From Eledone cirrhosa (taxonomy: Eukaryota): DNA of 64,000 bases. Location: NCBI GenBank assembly GCA_964016885.1, contig OZ024742.1, positions 241,924,001 to 241,988,000 of the forward strand, written 5' to 3'. Shown piece after piece: positions 53,502 through 64,000 of the stretch. Within the stretch, counting starts at the first letter, position 1. Every line of letters starts with the position of its first letter. The notes below the pieces were generated by a model. It worked only from the letters and a program-made list of their open reading frames with translations, ran no database searches and was not told where the DNA came from. A program made the translations under genes and the position numbers.

Positions 53502-55692
53502 GGTTTCTTTATTAGCCACTCAGGTCTTACATTAAAGGGACAATATAGGACAGAACAGTGTTGGTTTTTTTATGTGAGGGAACATTTATAAAGATGACTA
53601 AACATTAAAAATAAAACATAACAAATTCCCCCAAAATGTGGATACCTCCGCGGTTCAATCATGTTGAAAATCTACAAAAAGCCATTATAATCCTGACCGC
53701 TAGGGCAAGTGCTCTCTCTGAAATGTTCTAATTCGAGGTGCATTTACTCAGAACATGCTCGCTTTTCTCAACCACATTTCAAAATACTGGTTGGAAGGCA
53801 ACATTCCCCTTTCTTCCTTGATTTTTCCCTTCAGGTGAGACCTGAAAAAGTTAATTAGGGCTCCGCCGAAGAGGGAAGCGCTTATATTTCAGACGTATCT
53901 ACCACACGACCTTTTTCGCCTTGGCCATCAGTCAGATAAAAACTGCCTATCCTTCCCCTTTAAAGGAAGCTGGTGCGGCGATTTTCACAATGGACTCAGT
54001 TGATTCAGTCGATAGCCGGATCTGTCCCACACATGACAGCAGGTGTTCAACATAAATCTACAGGTCAGCAATACTCGGACACTTGATGAGTGCGTGCATA
54101 ATGGCTTTGTCACCCTGTTCACATCTTAGACAGGCCAGGCTGACGACACTTCCACGCCGGTAGAGTTTATCACAGACTGGCAAAGCTTCTCTGAGCACTG
54201 CCAGGCCAGACATATCTGGAAATTATCCATCAGCCCTAGACTGAAAGTTCTTTGGAAAAAGGTGGCTCGTTGGTTTTCATCGAACTCTAAAGTCACCCGA
54301 AAAACGTCATCTCTTTTAACCACCACTAAATTTCTATAGAAAACTAAGGTGGAGTTTCCACCGATTGCCTTGCCCGATTGGCCGAGGGCTCTGAGCGTTT
54401 GGAGACATTCCAATTTCCAAGCGCTCCCTCTCGGTCTTCGCCTGACCCAGGACTGCAGCTTTGTCAAGGAGACGACCTGTGGAAAACTGCGTCTAGCGAA
54501 CGGTGACCCCACCTGTTAAATGTCGAGGTAGAGTTAGAGATGATATACCCTCAGCGCATCATGCCCAATCCTCCACCTAGTAAGTTTTGGCAGCAAATTT
54601 ACCGCCTGACCATTGGAACGTGTCCCTACCACAACAAACGAAAGAGTAAATACTCCAGTGTGGTCAGACGTGGACCAGGACACGACACGACGGTCAGTTG
54701 GCAGTAAATGACGGACGTGATATACGCGTAGGCTACGTCTCCGTGAACTTTCTGTGATAGCTTTCTCTCGGCCCAAATCTGGGTGAGAGTCACCGCCCTA
54801 CTCATAACTTCAACTCAGCTTTTGTCCATTTGGAGGTCTGGACCAACCCAGATGACAAGAAATTCAGCCAGTCCGTCTGTTTAGCGCTCGACGACGTTGT
54901 TGGACGGCATGGACTTGCCTCTTCAGGTGCCGAGCTAACATTTCCTGGTTAATTTTTGCTCCTGTTCTAGCTTTGTATTCCTCAATATGTTTGCTGCTCG
55001 GCACCACTATAGTAACATCATTGTCATATACTGATACAGATCCTCGCCATCCTAGTTCACGTGGGATGATCCTCAACGTCTTCAATTTGTGTAGTAGTGG
55101 CTCCAGAGTCAATACGTACAACAGGGATGAGAGTGGATAACCATGACGAACCGAGCGCATGATGTTGAAAGGTTTTGAGAGGTAGCCATTCACTCTAACT
55201 ACTGAACAGGTGTCGCTGTATATTGCAACAATCCATCTTCTGAATACAGGCCCGAAGCCCGCTGCCTTGAAGACTACCTCTAGGTACCGATGTTCGTCTC
55301 TATTCGACTGATCTAGGTTATTCAGGGCCCACCCGTGCTAGCTTCCTTAGCCACACTCTCTATGATGTATCGCATAAGGTGGATGTTGTTGTGAAGGGAT
55401 CTATCTGGAATGGAGCATGTTTGTGCCTCTCCTACCAGACTACCAGGGACAAGCGTCAACCTCGTCGCTAATGCCTTGGCCAAAAGTTTAAACTCTGGCT
55501 TTAGCAGAGCTATGGGCTAAAATTATCAATATAATCCTCTTTTTTCAGATCCTTTAATACCGCCCATCGGCTCACAGTGCTGGGAATCCTAATGTTCTAC
55601 TGCCAGTTGGCGTAGAGGCCCGCTAAGATGTCGCTGAACAAATCTGGCATGTTTGTGTAAAGCCCATAGGCAGATCTTCCCAGCCAGTCGAT
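53502..55692 (-). mobile_element. Old 5'-truncated Tx1 relative (third subfamily), copy D, many frameshifts
   Basis: Fragments PFNIMRSVRHGYPLSSLLYVLTLEPLL and LQSWVRRRPRGSAWKLEC. 3' end GGCTAATAAAGAAACC abuts a degenerate (AAT/AAC)n tract. Confidence 0.9.
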
Positions 55693-56228
55693 GATTATAA
55701 TTACCAATTGATGAGAAAAAACGAAATTCTTTTACAATGAGAAAACAAAGAGTTTATGAAGCTAGCTACTTCGTAGAAATAGAAGCAGTAGTTGGAACGG
55801 CCTTGCATAGAAATGTGAACGAAAGACGTTAGAGTCTAAAACATCTCTGGATTGGCCCTCTCGCAGTGATCTAAAAACGGAGACTGGAACACTGTTGATA
55901 TTAGCCCAACACCAACCCTTGAGTAACAATTTAGGGACAAAAGGTTTATATATACAATTGGTGAGAGTGTGCCGAGTGTATGGAGCAAATATAGACTGTT
56001 TCGTCTACATCGTGAATACATGGCTTAAAAACGTATAAAAGAAGATATGACATGATACTTCACTGGTCAATGTGCAAAGAATATGGTCAACAGATGTTTG
56101 ATAAATGGCACGAGCATATTCTTCCAGGAAGTATCCTTGTTGACCAATGTAAATCCAAATTAAACTGGTTTTTTACTAAGTGAAAATGAAAATGCGGATT
56201 GCGAAATTCGGAATTGCTGCTGCTGCTG

Positions 56229-56319
<91 letters not shown>

Positions 56320-56619
56320 GACCATGTATCCAAAAATACAGATCTAGAATTAACGATAGCCAAAATGTACTAATTAGACCAGAAACAATACACAGTATAT
56401 TCCTTGTGAATGATAAAATCTATGTAGACAAATTCATTACCAAATCCTTAAGACCTTCATTCATATAGTGAAAATTGTCTTATTATGCACTGCATACAGT
56501 ATGTTAACTGTCCTTTTAAAAACATCGAAACATTTACGTATTGCAGGCACATAGAAACATGTCTGATTTTACAGTGAAAGTGTACAACAAAAACGAGGCT
56601 TCTGAAATTGTAATAATAA

Positions 56620-56795
56620 TAGTTTCTAATTTTTGCACAAGGCCAGCAAAATACCAGTACATTACTGGTACTTTATTTTATCGACCCGTAAGGATGAAAG
56701 GCAAAGTTAACCTCGGCGGGATTTGAACTCAGATCGTAAAGGGATGTAACTCTTTGCGTCAAAGCATGGCGTCCGACCCTCTACCGATACTGCCA
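56620..56795 (-). mobile_element. tRNA-derived SINE
   Basis: Same family as 31536-31713. A and B boxes present. Confidence 0.85.
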
Positions 56796-58901
56796 GTAGT
56801 TCTAATACTGATAGAAGTTCTAATACAGAAGACGTTGCCTTTAATTGTTTTTATGTCAATAGAATTTCTACCAGTAACATGCTGTCATCGATTCAATATT
56901 TCATCTTACCCAATATGCAACACACTAACAAAAATAACGCCACACTTACAATTTACCATGCCGCCTCCAGCTTTGCAAAAGATTTTTACCTTTAGTATAT
57001 AGTTTGAATTCTCGGTCGTATGGACTTTGTTATTATTTCTGAGAAGTACTGTGTTGTATGGCAGAAACGATACAGTCTCGGGTTAAATGTTTTGTAATAT
57101 TCACTCTCCTCAATATGGATTTTAGGTCTAGCGTAGACTGGCTTTTCATTTTATCTTCTATACAGGATAAAGTACGTGTTATTCAAGTAATAAAGTCGAT
57201 TAAATATGTGGGAACCAGGCTGTAAATGTCTGTGGCTTTGAGCTAACATTTTAAATCCTTATTACTCCAATGGATGGCTTTCTTTACTCCGAGATCAACA
57301 ACACAAATACCAGTCTTGTTGATTTGATCCCCTGTAACCACTCCTAACAAATCAGGCCTTATTTTATGAAGAAACTAGCGTTTGTTGTTGCCGCTGAAAG
57401 AGAGAAATACGTGCTGGGCGAATCGAGTAGATGACCATGTTGTTTTTATTATTCATGATGGTGATATTCAGTTCTGTTCAACTTACATAATAGAAACAGG
57501 CGCTCCGGCTGCAACTATCCAGCCTATTTGCATTGTTTAATGCGTCGTCCGTATTTTTTATAAGGTAGGATGTAATTTGATGGTTGCAATTTCTTGTATG
57601 TCACATGAATCTCGAATAGGAGGCTTTTTCGTGATATCTTCATATATTGGCCTCGTAGTAGAAGTTGTTATTTAACCCTAGATCAGATTTGATGAAGCAT
57701 ATTTATGACAATCAGATTTTATTCAGGCGTAATGTAATTCGGTCTACTTTAATTCAATATGTTCTATTTTATAAAGAAATTAGAATGGGATTATTGAAAG
57801 GGAATTTGAGGAACTATATCTAGCAATTCGAAAGACCGCATACAGATTTCTCAGTTGGATCACACGCGAACTCGCTTTCGTTGAAACATTTTCACGTCAT
57901 TCACCTATATGTATTCTGTAAGGAATGTATGAATATAATTTCCCCCGTTTCTGTATAAATGGTACCTTATGCCCATAGAAGAAATCAATAACTTTCAGAG
58001 CGAATATTTATTATCTATTATCTTTTTTATCATAATTGTATGTTAAAAAAAAAAAATAAAATAAATAAACAAAAAACAAAATAAACAAAACAAAAAAATA
58101 GACAATGGCTGTCTATGCAGTTTTCGCAATTTTCTAAGATAAAAAGAAAATGTTATTATTTTCGATATGGTCGAGTTTGTGTTCATACAAATGTCTATAC
58201 ATACGTAAATATTTCAATATTCGTATTTTAGAATTAAAAAACACGCATACAACTCTCTCTCTCTCTCTATCTCCCTTTCTCACATATATACACACACACA
58301 CACGCACACACACACACATACATACACACACACGCACATACATACACACACACGCACACACACACACACACATACACGTACGCACATACACATACACACA
58401 CGCACGCACGCACACACACACACACGCGCGCATGCACACATATATATTATACGCACATAGATGTCTGCGCGCATGCCAGCCTGTATGGAAATGCGTGTGT
58501 GTTGACATAAATGCATAGCTGGTAGTAAAATAGCAGTTCTTTTGAATATTTGAGCAGAAAAAATGGGGTTATGGGTTAAAATTTGATCTGAGGTCAATCC
58601 TATGAGAACATCAGCTCCGGTCCACCAAATATCTGCTGCTATTAATAATTATGGCTTTTTATAATGTCACTCAAACCTAATAGATCTCAGCACATGGATA
58701 TTCATTATCTGTAAAATAATATAATATAATATGAAAGACAAAATGATATTATACAAAATAATATTATATAATATAGTATAATCTGTAACATAATATGAAA
58801 TAATATAAAATAATATAATTTAATATATAATATAAATTAATAAAAAATAATATAATATACTATACTATATACTATAATATAATATAGTATAATATAATAT
58901 A

Positions 58902-59087
58902 ATTGTTTCTACTTTCGGCACAAGGCCAACAATTTACCCAGTGCATTACTGGTACTTTATTTTATCGACCCCGTAAGGATGAAAGGCCAAGTTAACCTCG
59001 GCGGGATTTGAACTCAGAATGGCAAGGGCCGTAACTCTATGTGTCAAAGCAGGGCGTCCGACTCTCTACCGATACTGCGAATCCACC
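58902..59087 (-). mobile_element. tRNA-derived SINE inserted in a (TATAA)n tract
   Basis: Starts GGTGGATTCGCAGTATCGGTAGAG, B-box GAGTTCAAATCCC. (TATAA)n spans about 58715-59235. Confidence 0.85.
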
Positions 59088-59760
59088 ATATAATATAATA
59101 TAATATAATATAATATAATATAATATAATATAATATAATATAATATAATATAATATAATATAATATAATATAATATAATATAATATAATATAATATAATA
59201 TCACACAATATAATACAATATATTATATAATATGACAATTTGTAACATAATGTAGCGTTGTCTCACAAGATAAAGAGTTGCAATTTTTTTTACATATATG
59301 TAGGTTCGAATTTCGCAGATGTCCACTTTGATTTTGATCCTTCAGGGTGCATAAAACAAAATACTAATAAAATAGTAGATCCAACTTAAACTGCTGTTCA
59401 CATCCTCCAAAAGTTGTGGACGTGCGCCAATGCCATAGATCAATATACTCTACAGCAGTACAGTATTTGTTAGATACATTTAATTATTTCTATAAAGGGA
59501 TTTGAGAAATGCGGAATATATATATAGAATATAGAAAATGTTGTTATAATGAATATATATAATCAAAGTAGATTTTATATACAATATGTACATTCATATA
59601 CTTACTTTCAAACTAATCCTTTCAAACATCCATACAGAAAATGAGACGCAAATTTTACATTTAAAGTTGTATATATATGTGAGTGTGTGTGTACGTGGTG
59701 CCCGTACATTTGTATGTACACACACCATACACGCACACACACACACACACATGCACACAT

Positions 59761-59825
<65 letters not shown>

Positions 59826-59858
59826 CACACACGCACACTCACACACACATGCACACAT

Positions 59859-59896
<38 letters not shown>

Positions 59897-59919
59897 CTAA
59901 ATACACACATGCACACTCT

Positions 59920-59951
<32 letters not shown>

Positions 59952-59957
59952 CACACG

Positions 59958-60003
<46 letters not shown>

Positions 60004-60881
60004 CTATCATAGGCAATAGTCTATATGTATGTAGGCATGTTTGTAAGCATGTGGGTGTATGTATGCATGTATGTATGTATGCATGCATGTATGTATGTAT
60101 GTATGTATGTATGTATGTATGTATGTATGTATGTATGTATGTATGTGTGTATAAGTGCTCGTTTGTCTCTAAGATAAGGAATGTGGTATATAGCTTGTAA
60201 ATAGAACAACAAAAATATTTGTATTTACACCTGCTGCAATGTAGACACATGAATTTGTAAGCACAGATGTATCACAACGATGAAGTCTGAAGCACGCCGA
60301 TAGAGTACGACTTGGTAGATTGTTTGAGAGAGGGGTGAGAGTTTCAAAGAAGGAAGGAGGGGGAGAGGTACAGGGATATTTGGAGTAGAAGGCCGTATAG
60401 ATGAAACACGAATGACAGAAGAAATGAGATCAAATAAAAAAGATGACACAAGAATTGAGGAACAAGGGAAGTGGAGAAAGAGAACGCGAGATTAATAGAA
60501 AGCGAACGAGATTGCGAGTAACACACACAGACACACACACATAGAGAAATAGAGAGAGAGAGAGAGGGAGGGAGGGAGAGGGGGAGGGAGAGAGAGAGTG
60601 AAGAGGAGGAGGGAGGAGAATCCAGTGAATGATATATGTATACATGTATTGATGAATGAACGTATATATAAATATACACACACTCACACACGCACACACA
60701 CGCACGCTTACACAAACACATATGCACACACACACATATAGGTATACATTTTTGTGTACGTGTATGTATATGTGCATGTGTGTGTGTGCATGTGTATGTA
60801 ATGTTATACTCATACACACACACACATATATACAGCCGTTCAATTCCATCGGTCCAGCTAAATATATATCACACACACATG

Positions 60882-60917
<36 letters not shown>

Positions 60918-61589
60918 CGTGCGTGTATGTATATATATGTGTGTGTGTATATATATATATATATATTATATTGACACACATACTAGTGTGCTGCATCGTC
61001 AAACAACAACGGTGATTCACATAAAAAGTTATTCATATGGATGACATATGTGAATAGATGGATGGAAGTGTACGGCGTATAGCCCCGGCAATGGATGGTT
61101 TGAAGTGGAAGCGATGGATTACTGGTAATTGAATCCTTCCAAATATACGTCGTTAAGAAATTATTAGAGGCCAATATTTGTTCGTTGTAATTTTATGTCG
61201 ATGCTTGCCCCTCTAATTCTTTTACCCCGCACCTGTATCTCTCTTTTAACCTTCTTCTTCTTCTTCTTCTTCTTCTTCTTCTTCTTCTTCTTCTTCTTCT
61301 TCTTCTTCTTCTTCTTCTTCTTCTTCTTCTTCTACACATAAAGATGTAACAATGGTATATATTCTTACCGACACCCAATGCGTATTATTATTGTATATAT
61401 ATATATATATATGCAAATATCTTTAAGTCGTTTGGAAGCCTCGACAATGCAAATGGGTAAATCTCCGGGTAACAAGATCCGGTGGTGGAGATAGAGATGT
61501 AAGTGGGGGTACGTTGAGATGCGTGGTGTGTATAAGATGTGTAGAAGAATAAAGGAAAGAGTATAAAGGATAAAATAAAAATAACAACA

Positions 61590-64000
61590 CGAGAGAGAGT
61601 TACCTTGGGAGAGATTTAATTGTCCCTATATATTTCGGATTCACATCCATCAATTGTGGTTTTTTCCGGGGCGGGGAAAAGGCTGTCTGTCGGACATGTG
61701 CGAAACGCGTCCTCCGCTGTTTGTTGTTTTGAATAACTGAGATATTCAGCAGAGCGCGCGTGCGCGTGAAATGGGGTCGGTCGGGCAGAGGTCAGCGGCC
61801 GAATGAGGGAGTGGGGTGGCGCTAGCTGTCAGTCCATTCTCTGCTTGTTTGTTAAATGTTACTGTGTGTGTGTGCGCGTGTGTTGTTGTCTCGCTTGAGT
61901 GTGTGTGCGTGTGTTGTTGCCTTGTTCCTCTGTATTGGCAGTGTAGTATATTCGTATGGTGGAATGCTACTGTGTGTGTGTGCGTGTGTGTGTGTAGTTG
62001 TCTCGTTTGTGTGTGTGTGTGCGCGTGTGTTGCTGCATCGTTTGTTAACTTATACCAGCCATCTCATTTCGCTTCTCTCTGATCGATTGTTTATTTGCGG
62101 TTGCAGTCGTTTGATAAAAAGCGCTTCCTTGATACGTAACGTGCCGACGTTTCTTTCAGTCGCTAGAATTGTGACAATGGGCCTTCCGTCTTTGTTTCCG
62201 CATTTGTCTATGTTTCAGGAAAGACGAGGCCCTGGTTTTAGTGTGTTCCTTGATCCGGATGTGTAAATGTCGGATTGTGCTACCTATGTAGTATTGGTTG
62301 CACCTGTCACATTCTATCTTATACACGACGTATGTGCGTAGGCAACAGTTCGCATGGCGTATCGGGCAGTCTCTGAGGGAGCATGCGTCAGTAGATTTCC
62401 CGGGTTTCCTGGAGAGGCATCTTCGCAGGGAGGGGCCCGAGTGGGCCAGGTGGATGTCGAGGCCCTCCCTCCGTATAGCCTTGCAGATAGCGTTGGTGGT
62501 ATTCTCGCCCAGGTGTGGCATTTTAAGGAAGCACTTGCCTTGAGTGCCTCTCTGTCTCTTGTGTCTGGTGTATCCAATTCTGTCTGTGATCGAAGTAGGG
62601 TACCCGTTCGTCTCCAGCACCTCGAGGAATCGCTTGGTATGAGTGACACCACTCGCGGGATCGCTGCATCTGTTTTTGATTCGCGCGATCTCGTTCGTGA
62701 TGTATCCTCTTTTGGCACTGTTAGGGAGGGCGGACTTGTAGTGAACGAACAGGTTCCTGCAGGCTGCCTTTCGGTAGAAGTTGCAGTGGATCCTTCCCTG
62801 TTCCGTGATGTTGATTTGGAAGTCGAGGAGGGCAAGTGACTCGTCTTCGTTGGGGTGTTCAACACTGAAGTCAATGTTCTCGTCCGTGTTGTTGAACGTC
62901 TCATAGATTCTGTTCGCCGTGTCTTGGGAAGATGTGAGGATGAGGATATCGTCCACGTACCTTGAGAAAAAGGCTACGGCGTTGTGGTGGCAGGCATTGA
63001 ATGCCTTGCGTTCGAGGTTGTCCATGTAAGAGATCGCTAGCACACCTGATAGGCTTGATCCCATGGGCAATCCCGAGGTTTGTTGGTATGTTTGGTCAAG
63101 GAATCCGAAGTAGGTGTTGTCGACGACGATGGACAGGAGTTGGTGGATGTCAGTGGCGGTGAGCCCGAAGCAGTGTAGGTCGGTGGATTGGAGGCGTTCC
63201 ATCAGTATATTGACGGCCGGGAGTGCCGGGACCGAAGTGTAGAGAGCGACTACATCAAGGCTGAAGGCATATCTGTTATTCCTTCTGGTGTCGGGATCCA
63301 TTTGATGCAGACGTTTCAACACCTCTTCGGAGCTGTTAACGTGTCCCGGCAAGGTGTCTAAGATGGGTTTGAGTATTCTGGCTAGGAGCCATGAAATGTT
63401 TGTAGAGTGGTCCCTCCACGCTCGATACGATGGGCCTGATCTTCAGGTCGGGTCCCTGTTTGTGTGTTTTCACGAGGTGGTAGAAGGCGGGTAGTCTGCT
63501 GTTCCTCGTGAGGAGGTTGTATCTCAGCTTCTTCGGGAGCTTCCACCGGTCGCAGATGTTGGTCCAGGCGGCGTTGATGTGCTCTTCTATCTGCGCGGGA
63601 GTGATTCCCGTGACCTTGGAGTGACGTTGTCATCGTCAAGGTGTTGGAGGGCTAGTGTGTTGTAGGCCTCTCTGCTGATGACGCAGAATTATTTTCCCTT
63701 GTCGGAGGGGAGATAGATGAGGTTCTTCGATTGTAGGTTGGAGAGAGTGGTGAGTTGAGATTTGGTGAGGTTATGTGTTGTGCGTGTGTGTGTGTGTTTG
63801 TGAAGTATATCCGAGATGGAGTGTTTTAGCCTGATGAGTTTAGTGTCGAGTTCGTGGTTGGTGTGGGGGGGGGGGACTTGGGGGGGGGGGGTGCGTGGGC
63901 GCTGTTATTTTCTGTTGTGCTGTTGATGGCGGTCACCCATTTAAGTTGGTAAGCGGCTCGACAAAAGTTGGCCTCGATGTTGAGTTTGAGTCTGTCGTCG
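61590..64000 (-). mobile_element. Penelope-like element (RT + GIY-YIG endonuclease), runs off the window
   Basis: Motifs PSDKG, FYHLVKTHK..KIRPIVS, LDVVALYTSVP, GLPMGSSLS, RYVDD, FYRK and GIY-YIG VVYKIEC..C..YYIGST.R.L..RIKEH. Frameshifts present. The 3' boundary is approximate. Confidence 0.9.
62156..63352 (-). pseudogene. Penelope-like RT/GIY-YIG ORF segment (398 aa of a frameshifted longer ORF)
   Basis: Motifs as above. Coding homology continues in other frames upstream (to 64000) and downstream (EASLIKRLQPQIN near 62090). Confidence 0.85.

Overview
Eukaryotic, AT-rich, microsatellite-dense DNA. The SINE types and repeat load suggest a cephalopod (octopus-like) genome, which is an inference. 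No complete host gene is visible, and the only long real ORFs belong to transposable elements. The window holds: (i) a decayed Helitron helicase and two non-autonomous Helitrons sharing its 3' end; (ii) a Tx1/L1-clade LINE family with two full-length near-identical intact copies plus three older or truncated relatives, each with its 3' end in an (AAT)n tract in the same orientation; (iii) two R4/Dong-like RLE LINE fragments in the same tracts on the opposite strand, forming nested trains at 6.6-14.6 kb and 44.2-55.7 kb; (iv) a Penelope-like element (RT + GIY-YIG) at the right edge and several fold-back hammerhead-ribozyme remnants near (TA)n, one pair of which looks intact; (v) a deleted mariner, a hAT MITE, RTE fragments, tRNA-derived SINEs and a templated ~1.15 kb duplication. 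The best candidates for new biology are the (AAT)n landing pad shared by two unrelated LINE clades, with recurrent (AAT)8/(AAT)13 flanks, and the head-to-head hammerhead pair at 15.8 kb.
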